Source of the DNA: Octopus vulgaris
Lineage: Eukaryota
Direction: 5' to 3'
NCBI GenBank assembly: GCA_951406725.2
Contig: OX597840.1
Span: forward strand, 11,284,001-11,348,000
DNA length: 64,000 bases
Part shown: positions 14,016 through 28,027 of the stretch, one piece after another
Position numbering within the stretch: the first letter of the stretch is position 1
Layout: every line of letters begins with the position of its first letter
Position numbers and translations under genes: made by a program
Notes under the pieces: generated by a model
Told to the model about the DNA's origin: nothing
What the model saw: the letters and a program-made list of their open reading frames with translations, nothing else
Database searches by the model: none

Positions 14016-14257
14016 ATTGGTGTATAATTATTGCAGCTGTTTTCAACAAATTTTATTCAACAAAAACAATAATAATATTTAAAAAAACATCTTTTAAATG
14101 ACGGTCTGACCGTCTGCCAAGCAAATCGGAAGCAGTAATTGAAGTGGATGGTGAATATGCTCCGGAATAATCACTTAAATATGTTTTTGTTACATGTTAT
14201 TGTTGAATAAAATTTGTTGACAAAAAGCCGCAATAATTGTAGTTATGAAATCAATAT
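14012..14257 (+). mobile_element. mariner deletion derivative
   Basis: Imperfect TIRs (CAACAAATTTTATTCAACAA / TTGTTGAATAAAATTTGTTG) and an internal transposase C-terminal remnant EAVIEVDGEYAPE*. Confidence 0.75.
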
Positions 14258-14919
14258 TGACTCGTCGTGAAACTGCTATAAGAATAACTAAGAACCCTGC
14301 TATTGTGAATGGTTTTTAATTCTGGCACAACGCCAGCAATTTAAAAGAGTAGATTAATTCGTGTTCATTATCTCCATTGATTAACTGCTACGTATTTTAT
14401 CGATTCCGAATTGATGAATGGTAAAGTCTATTTGAGCTTAGAACGCAAAACCTGAAGAAACGCTGCCAAGCATTTTCTACTTCGCAGAAACAGTTCTTCA
14501 ATCTCATCGTTGGTTTTATAAATAGAACGAAAATATGTTGGTGCGAACATTATCCGAGACTAAATTATTTCACGATAAAACAATTACGTCACCAAGCAGC
14601 ATTTTTTAAATGCGAAGCAGTTGATTACTGTAATTTTATTTCTATACCAAGGAGGACACCGAGTGTCACAGACGACTCAACTCCGACCGCCACCCTAACT
14701 ACTTCGCAGCAAGGTTACACTACGAGGTAATAGGATGAAAGTCTTCATCTCACTGACAGCCGATCCGCAGCAGACTGTTGGCGACAACAGCAGCAGTGAC
14801 GATAATGAGTATGTTATACGCTGAGAAAGGGAAGAATATAAATACTTGAAACGAAATCTGAATGAAAATGTCACCAGAAAAGATTATTTCGGTTTTAAAA
14901 ATCCCAGGTCAAGCCATAC

Positions 14920-15085
14920 TGGAGTGGCTGTGTGGTAAGTAGCTTGCTAACCAACCACATGGTTCCGGGTTCAGTCCCACTGCGTGGCATCTTGGGCAAG
15001 TGTCTTCTGCTATAGCCCCGGGCCGACCAATGCCTTGTGAGTGGATTTGGTAGACGGAAACTGAAAGAAGCCTGTCGTATATATG

Positions 15086-15140
<55 letters not shown>

Positions 15141-15372
15141 GTGTGTGTTTGTGTGTCTGTGTTTGTCCCCCCTAGCATTGCTTGACAACCGATGCTGGTG
15201 TGTTTACGTCCCCGTCACTTAGCGGTTCGGCAAAATAGACCGATAGAATAAGTACTGGGCTTACAAAGAATAAGTCCCGGGGTCGATTTGCTCGACTAAA
15301 GGCGGTGCTCCAGCATGGCTGCAGTAACATGAGTGAAACAAGTAAAAGAGTAAAAGCGTAAAAGAGAGAGTA
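14920..15372 (+). mobile_element. SINE family B
   Basis: Colinear with 12271-12670. Confidence 0.9.
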
Positions 15373-16451
15373 AATATAAGAGATCCACTTAGTCGATGTT
15401 GACTGTTATTAAAGAGTCGGGGAAGAATGTTAAAAACGGAGTATTGTATTTCCTTTTTGGCAAATAACCACCTTCTTATATACACTCACCACAACTGATA
15501 TACAGTGTCTTCAAGATACTAAAGAAATAATCAAGCGAAATACAATAAAACGACGTCTTCAGAGATTTGTAAAAAGGGAAAATGAATATGGCGATTCTTA
15601 TCACAAACAGACGAAGAAATAATTACACTTCTCACCAACAAAATGTTAAAAATATGGACAAATTTTGTAGATGATAAGGAGAAAAGTTTAGTATTAATTG
15701 ATCGGCCTCAAATGACTTATGTCGGCAAAGTGAAACCAGCTCGGACTCTCTGTTAAAGAAATATTCCCCTCGGTGAGACTCCGACATCAGCAGGAAGTGA
15801 TTGGAAGGAAGTCAGACAAGAGCTTACAGAGGTAGGGAGGTGACAATCAATAAATGTCAGAGAGGTTTCTTTCCAGGAAGATTTTTCTCTCATATTGAGG
15901 AAAACCTAGAGTAAGAAAAAGAGGTTTAACGAGGATTCAACATAGCCAGAGGAATCTGGGGAAAATATTGTCCCTGTATTATAGCAAAAGTACACAGTCG
16001 TTAAGATTTCGGGAGAAAAACTGCCGGATAGAAAAGTACCAAGAATAAACCTGATTGTCAACAAATGGTACGAAAAACAGAAATTTTAATCAGATTTATT
16101 CTATTGACTTCTACCAGCAAACTCGCAATGGAAATATAACTAAAACAAGCTGGATAGAATTGGAAAAAACAAGTCTAATAACCAAGGAAAGGAATAAATA
16201 ATCACACGGTAAAGAAATACTAACCATTCGCAAACCACAATTTAAAGTATAAAAATGTATCCAGCATATCTGAACCGATTCCATCAGAATGTAGTAACAA
16301 TATCGTTACAGTTGTACAAACAACAGGAAAGAAAGGCGTTTGACGATATACTGAGGGAATTTTAATAAACTTAAATGTCTGATGATGTAGGAAGAATTTA
16401 GTGAGAGTTTGATTAGATCAGAAGACAGCAATTGAGCGTGTTCTCTGCTTA

Positions 16452-16750
16452 TAGATGCTACAGGGCCTTCAAATTGCCACAGTACTTCAGACCATAATCA
16501 AGGAATATCATACACAACTTAGCTTCATACTGGACCATGATTCGGGAGTTAAGTAGACAGGAAGTGATTGTACTGTCTTCGATAGAGTGAAATACCACGC
16601 TTGTAGATGCTACAGGGCCTTCAAATTGCTACAGTACTTCAGACCATAATCAAGGAATATCATACACAACTTAGCTTCATACTGGACCATGATTCGGGAG
16701 TTAAGTAGACAGGAAGTGATTGTACTGTCTTCGATAGGATGAAATACCAC
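16452..16750. repeat. 152-bp tandem duplication
   Basis: TAGATGCTACAGGGCC begins at both 16452 and 16604; the copies are near-identical. Confidence 0.9.
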
Positions 16751-17832
16751 AGGAGTGCATTTAAAAAAGTCGATTTCACTGTAAGCAAAAAACACCAACC
16801 TGAAACATTGTTTTTATTTTGGGACGACTAAAAAATATATCGCAAAATGGTAAGGAGGAGAAAAAATATATCGCAAAATGGTAAGGAGGAGAACTTGAAT
16901 ATGATTATGATATTCTTCGAGGATACAGAGAAGGAATTTATTCAGGATAAAGGCTCCTACTTGACTGGAAAACGAGAGAAAACTACACACTAGTCTCGCA
17001 ACCTTAGTAAGAACGATGAAGACTGTTACACGTACCTAGGAATGGCTGAAAGAAAAAAACCATCTGATGATGGTCCTTGTAACATGATACATGTAACCAG
17101 GCAATAGCTCACTCAGATTAAAAATATCGTGCTCAGAGACCTCGACCTACAATAAACCAGTGGCCCATGTTGTGTTCGGTATGCCAGAACTCCTACCAAT
17201 ATTTCGGTTACTCTAAAGAGGCAAGCTGGTGGAATCTTTAGCACGCCGGGCAAAATGCTAAGCGGCATTTAATCCGTCTTTACGTTGAGTTCAAATGCCA
17301 CCGAGGTTGACTCTGCCGTTCATCCTTTAGAGATCGATGAAATAAGTACCAGTTGAGTACTGGGGTTCATGTAATCGACTCACCCCCTCCCCCGAAATTG
17401 CTATCCTTGTACCAAATTTTGAAACCAATATTTCAGTTACTCTGTCAGACTCTCTGTGAGATCATTGATGTTAAAACTCGAAACCTATTCATCTCCTCCT
17501 GAGATGTCCGTATCTGCTGGAACATAGACCACCTCCACCGAAAGAAAAAAAAGCATCAGACGAAAGACATTCTAAAGACAGCTACTTCGAAACCCAAGGT
17601 TTCTCTCCTCTATGAGTTCTCATTTATACCAGTAAATATTGGTACACTTGGTAATGTCGGTGACAATTTGGAAACGGTAGTTTTTCAGAAAAAGAAACCA
17701 ACCAGCTAAAACACTCATTATAAATACAATCTATAAGGGGAACAGTGTAAATATGCAAGACTTTTCTCAAGTTCAAATTATGGATTAGTTTTTGTTATCA
17801 ACATTCCTATGACAGAACTTTGTATCTTTGTT

Positions 17833-18039
17833 AGAAACCAGCTCCTTCTTTATAGGAAGACTTCAAATAATTAAATATAGGAGAGACCAGCTCCTTCTTT
17901 ACAGGAAGACTTCAAATAATTAAAACTAGGGGAGACCAGCCCCTTCATTACAGGAAGACTTCAAATAATTAAAACTAGGGGAGACCAGCCCCTTCATTAC
18001 AGGAAGACTTCAAATAATTAAAAATAGGAGAGACCAGCT
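17833..18039. repeat. 49-bp tandem repeat, about 4 copies
   Basis: GACCAG anchors at 17885, 17934, 17983 and 18032. Confidence 0.9.
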
Positions 18040-18700
18040 ACCACGCATTTTGAAAATCCAATTTGTTATCGAAACACTGATACATTAGGCAGAAAACGTT
18101 TAGAGAGAAAGTAGCTTGTATAACCGAAGTAGGTTTATCTTGGACAAGCTCTCGTTTTGAAGGCCATACTTTTGCAATCCAGATCAAGAAGCAATAAAAC
18201 ACCTGGTAAGAATGCAGGTAAAAATCACCTAAATGTGACAACCGATGCAGACTGTGAAAGTAACACGAATGATGCAGCCCAGATAATAAAAAGCTCTCCG
18301 AAAAATTTTTATCTTGATAATAACTAACAAATTATGAGGGCCTGGCGTGGTGGCCGAGACACTATTTAATGTAAACCGTAGAAAAGACAGTCTTGAATAT
18401 CACAACAGAAGAAGTTACAGTGACATAGAGGGCATACTCACCCATAATATGAAAGAATACCGGCCAAACGTTCGTGTAAAAACCTCTGTAAGTGTAGGCA
18501 CAATAGACCAGACATTATGATCTGAGACAGAGAAAAGAAAATGGACACAGTAGTAGATATAAGTTGTCCAGCAGACGTCAACATAATGTTAAAGATTAAA
18601 GAAACAGAAAACACCTAGGATCGAACTTATGCTGTGGGAAATTGGTAGATACTTCATCCGGGTTACTGTTTTAGTTTTATACTTGTAATTATTGGAGGCC

Positions 18701-19893
18701 GCTTAATATTAAGCGACTAGAATCCTTCGATCACCTCTGTCTACGCCGCATCCTTCGTGTCCGATGGCATCACTTTGTCTCCAATAATTCGGTGCGACAC
18801 CAGTGCAAAATCACTTCCCTCCGACAAGTCATCCTAACGAGACGTCTGCGTTGGTTGGGTCATGCCCTCCGTCGTCAACCAGGAGAATTCATTTATGAAG
18901 CAATTGCCCCAGCTCCCTTTCAGGGTTGGCGAAAGCGATGTGGTGGACAACGAAAAACCTGGCTGATGACAGTCAAGGCTGATCTGGAACCCAACCTACA
19001 AAGCAATTGCCCCAGCTCCCCTTCAGGGTTGGCGAAAGCGATGTGGTGGACAACGAAAAACCTGGCTGATGGCAGTCAAGGCTGATCTGGAACCCAACCT
19101 ACGAAGCAATTGCCCCAGCTCCCTTTCAGGGTTGGCGAAAGCGATGTGGTGGACAACGATAAACCTGGCTGATGACAGTCAAGGCTGATCTGGAACCCAA
19201 CCTACAAAGCAATTGCCCCAGTTCCCCTTCAGGGTTGGCGAAAGCGATGTGGTGGACAACGAAAAACCTGGCTGATGACAGTCAAGGCTGATCTGGAACC
19301 CAACCTACGAAGCAATTGCCCCAGCTCCCCTTTAGGGTTGGCGAAAGCGATGTGGTGGACAACGAAAAACCTGGCTGACAGTCAAGGCTGATCTGGAACC
19401 CAACCTACGGAGCAATTGCCCCAGCTCCCCTTTCAGGTTTGGTGAAAGCGATGTGGTGGACAACGAAAAACCTGGCTGATGACAGTCAAGGCTGATCTGG
19501 AACCCAACCTACGAAGCAATTGCCCCAGCTCCACTTTAGGGTTGGCGAAAGCGATGTGGTGGACAACGAAAAACCTGGCTGATGACAGTCAAGGCTGATC
19601 TGGAACCCAACCTACAAAGCAATTGCCCCAGCTCCCCTTCAGGGTTGGCGAAAGCGATGTGGTGGACAACGAAAAACCTGGCTGATGACAGTCAAGGCTG
19701 ATCTGGAACCCAACCTAGGCCCCGGTATATCTACGGCGTTCGCCGCTGGAATAAGGAGTGAATGGAGATCACGCGGTCGTTAGCCTCAAATCGCCAGGCC
19801 TGGTCGGCGTTTGTGAGAGATGCAGCTTTGAGGATGAATGAAGCCAGCTCAACCCACCCCGGGTGAATGCTGTCTCAAGACAAGTCAAGTCAA
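18701..19893 (+). mobile_element. 5'-truncated RTE LINE with TSD and (CAAGT)n tail
   Basis: FDHLCLRRILRVRWHHFVSN...RRLRWLGHALRR...RCGGQRKTW...LASNRQAW. TSD AATTATTGG(A)GGCC at 18687-18700 and 19894-19906. Confidence 0.9.
18898..19717 (+). repeat. Eight tandem copies of a ~103-bp RTE coding segment
   Basis: Units start at 18898, 19001, 19104, 19207, 19310, 19410, 19514 and 19617. Confidence 0.95.
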
Positions 19894-20162
19894 AATTATT
19901 GGGGCCACTTCGTTACGGAATCTACTGCCTCGCCACCAAGGTTGAGAAGCCGAGTTTCATAAAACCAAAAATAAGACGACCAATTAGGAAAATTTTAATT
20001 ACCAGTCGTTAATAGAACTGAATATATGTAAAGGATTCTAGATTGAATTCTAGCATGAATTCATGTACGTATATAGATACATACATACATACATACATAC
20101 ATACATACATACATACATACATACATACATACACACACACATACATACATACATACATACAT

Positions 20163-20197
<35 letters not shown>

Positions 20198-20918
20198 TAC
20201 ATACATACATACATACATACATACCTACCTACATACATACATACATGCATACATACATACATACATCGTGTGCAAACATAAAATGCCTGACAGTTGTTTC
20301 AGGCAGGAAAGTCTTGTACAGTCGCAGACGTTAGCTGCTCTGCAGATGTACACCTTTCTTCCAAAACCAACAAGGAGAAGCTTTCCAGACAACTGCTTCA
20401 AAACCTGCATCTCCTCTACTCTGATTATAAATTCCAATTTATACCAGTAATTATCGGTGCATTTGATTGTGCTAGTAGATGTCGAAAAGTGACAATATGG
20501 AGAAGTTATGATTTTCAAGCAAAGAAAGATAGTAGCTAACACAAACTTTACAGATATATTCTGTAAGCGGAACAATAAAAATATACAAGGCTTTCTTAAA
20601 GTTTGGTAATATAACAGTTAACATATCAGTTATCATATATTGTTGTGATGGTGCTTTTGTTTCTTCATTAGAAAGCAGCTCCTCCCTTCTAGGAAGAATA
20701 CTAAAAAAATAAATAAATACATAAATAAATAAAGTGAAGCATATATCTACAAATATACACATATACACATATACATGCATACATACATGTATAAACACAT
20801 ACACGCACACATGCATGCACACACAAGAGTTTATCAAAGTATTACATTTTTCAAACAGTTATTATTGTTATCCAAATTTCAGTAATTTTATTTTTTTATT
20901 TTTTTGTTAGAGTCCCAA

Positions 20919-22069
20919 CCTGAAATTACATTAGAAATAATCCTTAAAAAATATTTTTGATTCTTTTCTAGGACTAATACAAGGATATATTTCTTTACTG
21001 CCCACAAGGGGCTAAACACAGAGGGGACAAACAAGGACAGACAAACGGATTAAGTCGATTACATCCACCCCAGTGCGTAACTGGTACTTAATTTATCGAA
21101 CCCCGAAAGGATGAAAGGCAAAGTCGACCTCGGCGGAATTTAAACTCGGAACGTAACGACAGACAAAATACCTATTTCTTTACTACCCACAAGGGGCTAT
21201 ACACAGAGGGAACAAACAAGGACAGACAAACGGATTTAGTCGATAACATCGACCCCAGTGCGTAACTGGTACTTAATTTATCGTCCCCGAAAGAATGAAA
21301 GGCAAAGTCGACCTCGGCGGAATTTGAACTCGGAACGTAGCGGCAGACGAAATACGGCTACGCATTTCGCTCGACGTGCTAACGTTTCTGCCAGCTCGCC
21401 GTCTCTAGGACTAATAGAAAGATAGCCAGAATAACATTGAGGTACGGGTTGGTGTGTGTCTTCCCTAGATACTTTGTTAAAAAGGTTAACGTAACAACAA
21501 GATTGTGCAAGGACATCTTGGCTAAGAGCGGATTGGACAAGAAATTGATTTAAACACAGCCCAGAGCCATTGCCTGAAATTATATTAGAAATAATCCTTA
21601 AAAAATATGTTTGATTATTTTTTAGGACTAATACAAGGATAACCAGAATAAAATTGAGGTACGTGTTGGTGTATGTCTTCCCTAGATACTTTGTTAAAAA
21701 GGTTAACGTAACAAGATTTTACAAGGACATCTTGGCTAAGAGCGGATTGGACAAGAAATTGATTTAAACATAGCCCAAAGCTATTGCCTGAAATTATATT
21801 AGAAATAATCCTTAAAAAATATATTTGATTCTTTTCTAGGAATCCCAACCTGAAATTATATTAGAAATAATCCTTAAAAAATATATTTGATTCTTTTCTA
21901 GGAATAATACAAGGATAACCAGAATGACATTGAGGTACGGGTTGGTGTGTGTCTTCCTTAGATACTTTGGTAAAAAGGTTAACGTAACAACAAGATTGTA
22001 CAAGGACATCTTGGCTAAGAGCGGATTGGACAAGAAATTGATTTAAACACAGCCCAGAGCCATTGCCTG
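20919..22069. repeat. ~215-bp tandem repeat, about 3 copies plus a partial
   Basis: CCTGAAATTA.ATTAGAAATAATCC recurs near 20919, 21573, 21788 and 21849. The first unit is interrupted by a SINE. Confidence 0.88.
20988..21403 (-). mobile_element. SINE family A dimer inserted as one unit
   Basis: A ~20-bp imperfect TSD (CTAGGACTAATACAAGGATA / CTAGGACTAATAGAAAGATA) flanks the whole dimer. Confidence 0.88.
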
Positions 22070-22709
22070 GCCGCCGTAAATGCTCGATGTATGCACACAG
22101 CTAACAAATGTGTACCGGCTTAACTTGCACTGAACAACGAATAACTGATCGCCAAAAACAGATATTTAATAACGCTGACTACATTACAATGGAGGGTAAC
22201 AGAGGACGTTGACAGACAAAGCCAAATATCGAGGTTATACACAGTAGGTGATATTTGGTGATGTAATAAACAGGAAAAGTGATGGTAATCCTATTAAGAA
22301 CAGTGGTAATATTCATAACAGCGATGGTAATAAATATGTTATGAGTAGATCTTTCCCAATTCACCCCAGCGTATCTCTTTCGTGAGAGCGAATCTGGTCT
22401 CTGCTGTTGCTGGAATTCGGTAACATTCCATAACAGCTGAACAAGCAGAAGAAGCTGACAATAGATGTATCGTCAGCTTGCTGAAACATTTACAATGGGC
22501 CGGAACAACTATTTTTTTGAAATATAGACATCTCGTTAAGGGACCGTTTTTTTCAATCTCAGCGGAGATTAATGGACGCCATGAGAAATGTGCAAAGGGA
22601 GATAATAAACAGAAGCATTACCTTAAACAATAGACTAACATGCTAATAAAAAAGAGGGATTAAATAAACAGCAAATAATTACAAAGCACAAAAGCTACCG
22701 AGTAATACA

Positions 22710-22936
22710 TTGTATTAGCCTTCGAATGACGCCACCCCGCTGGCTAAGCGAGCAGGCCAACAGAAGAAAGAGTGAAAGAAAGAGTACAGCAGGGGTCACC
22801 ACCACCCCTGCCGGAGCGTCGTGGGGCTTTTAGGTGTTTTTGCTCAATAAGCACTCACAACGCCCGGTCTGGGAATCGAAACCGCGATACTACGACCTTA
22901 GTCCGCTGCCCTAACCACTGGGCCATTGAGCCTCCA
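22710..22936 (-). mobile_element. SINE with family C head and an alternative 3' body
   Basis: Head as in family C; the 3' part matches 10503-10622. Confidence 0.75.
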
Positions 22937-22948
22937 TATATATATATA

Positions 22949-23035
<87 letters not shown>

Positions 23036-23471
23036 ATATGTTTGTGTGTCAGTGTTTGTCCCCCCCCCCACACACACACACCATCGCTTGACAACCGATG
23101 CTGGCGTATTTACGTCTCCGTAACTTAGTCGTTCGGTAAAACGAGACCGATAGAATAAGTCCTGGGGTCGATTTGCTCGACTAAAGGCGGTGCTCCAGCA
23201 TGGCCGCAGTCAGATGACTGAAACAAGTAAAAGAGAGATAGTTAATCCTCATTAGCAAAGTAAGTAAAATAACCAGATAACAATAATATAACAATTCTAG
23301 GAAAGACTGGATTTATATGGGGGCCCAGTATGGCTCATGGCCCAAGAGCCCTGAGCTTGGAGAGTCCCAATCATTAAAGCGCCCTTGAACACAGAAAGGT
23401 CTAAAGGTTGGTGTTAGAAATTTTAAAATATATTTATAGCAATCAAAGGATTTGTAATTTTTTTTTTATAC

Positions 23472-23681
23472 TTACTCTTTTACTCTTTTACTTGTTTCAG
23501 TCATTTGACTGCGGCCATGCTGGAGCACCGCCTTTAATCGAGCAACTCGACCCCGGGACTTATTCTTTTGTAAGCCCAGTACTTATTCTATCGGTCTCTT
23601 TGGCAGAACCGCTAAGTAACGGGGACATAAACACACCAGCATCGGTTGTCAAGCAATGCTAGGGGGACAAACACAGACACA

Positions 23682-23760
<79 letters not shown>

Positions 23761-23923
23761 GACAGACTTCTTTTCAGTTTCCGTCTACCAAATCCACTCA
23801 CAAGTTTTTGGTCGGCCCGAGGCTATAGTAGAAGACACTTGCCCAAGATGCCACACAGTGGGACTGAACCCGGAACCATGTGATTGGTAAACAAGCTACT
23901 TACCACACAGCCACTCCTGCACC
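23472..23923 (-). mobile_element. SINE family B, full length
   Basis: Reverse complement of the family B consensus. Confidence 0.9.
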
Positions 23924-23936
23924 TATATATATATAT

Positions 23937-23976
<40 letters not shown>

Positions 23977-24065
23977 GAGAGAGAGGGGTGAGAGAGAGAC
24001 AGATAGATGGATAGATAGATAGATAAACAGAGAGAAAGTGAGAGTGAGAGACAGACAGACAGACG

Positions 24066-24191
<126 letters not shown>

Positions 24192-24841
24192 GAAACAGAT
24201 AGATGGATAGATAGATAAACACAAAGTGAGAGAGAGAGGAAGAGAGAGAGAGGAAGAGAGAGAAAGAGAGAGGGAATTAATGACTGTCTGAAGTGAAAAC
24301 CCACAAAATGGGATTTTCCATCTGCCTCATCTTGTTTCTTTTTCATCCCATATTGTTGGCTAAATTGCCGTCGGTCAGCCGTGATGCAGCTGTGAAGTCA
24401 TTGATGCGGAAAGGCAGCCCGACTGACCAATGAGGGAATCCAAGAATCCATTCCCTCACCTATTCTTTCCCGTCTTAATTCAGTGCTTTGCGATTTGAGG
24501 GAGATTTGGCTACCATTTCTAGCATTTGAAGCGCCCATGAAATAACACGCTTGTCTGGTTGTCAGTTTATCTTTTACTTGATTCACTCATTGGGTTTGCG
24601 GTCATGCTGGGGCAACTCTTTCAAATGTGTAGTCCCTTACAACACCCTGGTACTTATTCTCTAAATTTGGTACGTATTCTATCAGAGTCTGTTGCCGAAC
24701 CGCTAGATTACGGGAACGTAAACAAACCAACGCTCGTCGTCGAGCGGTGGTGGGGAACAAATGCAATGGCACACATATAAATGTCTACGCATAAATAGAT
24801 ATGTGTGCGTGAGTGTGTGTGTACATACATACACACCCACA

Positions 24842-24927
<86 letters not shown>

Positions 24928-25015
24928 AAGAATTCACGAAAAAAACAAAAGATGAAGACAGGTGGTGTAGAAAACAAACAGATGTGTTAGTATAACGCTC
25001 GGAAATTGAAAAAGT

Positions 25016-25051
25016 CTTTAACATTTCGAGCCTACGCTCTTCTACAGAAAG
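25016..25051 (-). ncRNA. Minimal hammerhead-like motif (A6U variant) in TA-flanked element 24925-25110
   Basis: CUUU-CUGUAGA-A-GAGC-GUAG-GCUC-GAAAU-GUU-AAAG; homolog at 58995-59032. Confidence 0.55.
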
Positions 25052-26092
25052 GGACAGAAAAAACAAGGAGAGAAAAAAATGTGTGTAGTGGCTACCGATC
25101 TATCATGGCGATATATACATATATAGATGTGTGTGTGTGAGTGTGTGTATACATACACATTAACACACACACATATGCACAATAAGCTTCTTTCTATTTC
25201 CGTCTACCACATCCATTTACAGCGCTTTGGCCGGCCCGTGACTATAGTAAGAAGACACTTGGCAAAGTGTACGGGCAGTGGGATTGAAACTGGAACCGTG
25301 TGCTCGGAAAGCAAACTTGCTACCACAGAGCTACGCCTCCGCCAATGACACGTTTCCGACCACAAGAATCACACGACAACTCATAGATATAAAATGCTAT
25401 TTTATTTTGGAGCTACGAACTGAGGTTAATCCATTCGGAATCAGCGAAGGATTAAATGGATCTTCATCCATTTATCAGATTATCAAAGTGCTATTCTGTT
25501 AATCATAAAAGCTATATCGATTTTATTAACTCCTGAAATGAATAATTTTCGTCACGTTTTCATGATTCACGAATTGTTGATGAAATTAGGAAAATATATG
25601 CGATGACAGCAGGTTGGTTGGTTGTGGGGGGTTCGTAAAACCGACATTTTACATTCGTAAAACCGATTCGTAAAAACAACAATTTGAAGTTATCTTTTTC
25701 ATTTCTCTTTTTTTTTTTTCCTTTACTTGTTTCAGTCTTTGGACTACGGCCATACTGAAGCACTGCTCTGAACGATTCTACTCGAACAAATCGACCCAAC
25801 CACTTTTAAATAATAATAATAAATACCCTGATGCAGTGCCAGGCAGTGGCTCTCATGGCTTCTTGTCTTAACTGATCAGAAGTGTTACCATGTACATTGT
25901 TATGTCTTGGTATAAAAGATGGGCTACAGCAAATATTCTGCTCAATATCACAGATTCGACCTCAATGCGTAACTGGTACTTATTTAATCGACCCCGAAAG
26001 GATGAAAGGAATTTGAACTCAGAACGTAGCGGCAGACGAAATACCGCTAAGCATTTCGCCCGACGTGGTAACAATTCTGCCACCTCGCCACC

Positions 26093-26196
<104 letters not shown>

Positions 26197-26257
26197 TATT
26201 ATTATTATTATTATAATAATAATAATAATAATGATGATAATAATAATAATAATAATA

Positions 26258-26798
26258 AATGCCCTGATGCAGTGGCTCTCGTGGCTTCTGATCTTAACTG
26301 ATTGGAAGTGTTATCATGCACATTGTTTTGTCTTGGTATAAAAGAAGGGCTACAGCAAATATTCTGCTCATTACCACAGATTTGCTTGTCAGTTGTTTGA
26401 CCTTAACCAGTTGACCATGTCCCTTAGTGGCTGACGATATGTGCATCTCTGATCATGAGCAGAAGTAATGGGGTAGCATCATAGCCATGTGTTGAGAGGG
26501 ATTCTTTGGAATTTGGAAAATTTACCTCTGGAAACATAGGTGTTTCATTCGTCAACCTTAAACAACTGTTATTCAAGGATCTTTTGAGCGGGATGAGCTA
26601 CTTGACCAGAAGAAAATTCTGAGCCCCACCTGCAAGGTCATGCACTGTTTATCTTGATATAAGGTCACCATGTTGTACACATGATTGTGATGCATGTGCC
26701 TGGTGTACCGTTATCAGACGGCTAGTTATGATTGGTGTATCGGGCTTCGTATATTTGTACCCCAGTGTCATTTGATGGCATGTACTGCTCTCTCACTC

Positions 26799-26799
<1 letters not shown>
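26258..26799 (+). mobile_element. ~540-bp non-coding element flanked by (TAA)n on both sides
   Basis: Same 5' start as the partial copy at 25822-25955; same 3' end CTCTCTCA.TCAATAATAA as the copy at 29626-29930; a further copy at 41674-42510 on the minus strand. Confidence 0.8.
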
Positions 26800-26833
<34 letters not shown>

Positions 26834-26839
26834 GAAGAA

Positions 26840-26870
<31 letters not shown>

Positions 26871-26881
26871 AAGAAGGATGA

Positions 26882-26915
<34 letters not shown>

Positions 26916-26951
26916 GGTGGTGGTGGTGGTTGTGGTTATAATAATAAATGG

Positions 26952-27190
26952 TAAGTTGCTGGCTTGTAATAAGATGCACCACCCAAAGGCAGACGCAGAT
27001 CGTTTTTAACTTCCCAAAGCTCAAGGAGGTCGAGGCTTGATCTGATTTGAAATCTCTAACAAAACCACCGCAGTTGGACTCTCTAAATATCTTGAAACAT
27101 CTAACGACTGAATGTTAAAGCTCGTTGAAGACCACGAGAGACGTAAGAAGCTTCATTCTGTTACGAAGGAGAGCGAAAAACTTCGCTAGT
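26952..27190 (+). pseudogene. R4/Dong-like reverse transcriptase thumb fragment
   Basis: KMHHPKADADRF*LPKAQGGRGLI matches the HHPKAD.DRLYLP...GGRGL motif; contains in-frame stops. Confidence 0.8.
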
Positions 27191-27263
27191 GAGTTCATGC
27201 ATAGTACCCAGGTTAATTACAATGCACTACATACATACATGCATACATACATACATACATACA

Positions 27264-27299
<36 letters not shown>

Positions 27300-27800
27300 T
27301 AAAAATAAAAATAAAAATATAAAAAAATTAATTAATAAAATAATATATAAAAAATTAATTAATAAAATAATATATAAATAGAAAAAACATACATACATAT
27401 GTATATATATATATAAAATTTATAAGATTAAATTATTTAAATAATTTTTTATTTTTAACTTTTATATTTTAAAATTAATTTTATGTATTGGCTTATGTTT
27501 TTCACTGTTTTATTTGCCTAATAGTGGTTTTATCTCTAATTTAATATAATATAATATATTTATACTATAAAATTGGATTTAATCCTAAATCTAATTTTTC
27601 CCTGTAAGTTTGGATTTATTCCCTAATATTATTATTATTATATATATATATTTCTTTACTACCCACAAGGGGCTAAACACAGAGGAGACAAACAAGGACA
27701 GAAACGGATTAAGTCGATTATATCGACCCCAGTGCGTAACTGGTACTTAATTCATCGATCCCGAAAGGATGAAAGGCAAAGTCGACCTCGGCGGAATTTG

Positions 27801-27831
<31 letters not shown>

Positions 27832-28027
27832 AGTAGTTGACTGAATTATCTTAGTATGGATAATTCGGTTAACCGATACCTGGGTAGCAAATTCACGTCA
27901 GAAAAACACGGTTGAAGCTACATGCCAAGGGCAGAGATCACGTGCTTTCGTGTGGAAATTTGTGTGTTTTTTTAATACAAATAAATGAAAGAATGGAGTT
28001 GAACGACGATTTAACAAAATTCCTTTA

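Larger units (their letters stand above)
15500..20610 (+). pseudogene. Highly decayed R4/Dong-like non-LTR retrotransposon remnant(s)
   Basis: Scattered motifs: YTYLG near 17027; VVDISCPADVNI near 18550; CTVADVSCSADV...LYSDYKFQFIPVIIGA at 20310-20460. Many stops and frameshifts; boundaries are approximate. Confidence 0.5.

Noticed and set aside
18957-19015. Hammerhead-like string across RTE repeat junctions (CUGG-CUGAUGA...GAA-GCAAUUGC-C-CCAG in some units)
   Set aside because: Stem II does not close, 15.1-16.1 is G-C instead of A-U, several units lack G12, and the sequence is explained as RTE coding DNA (WLMTV).
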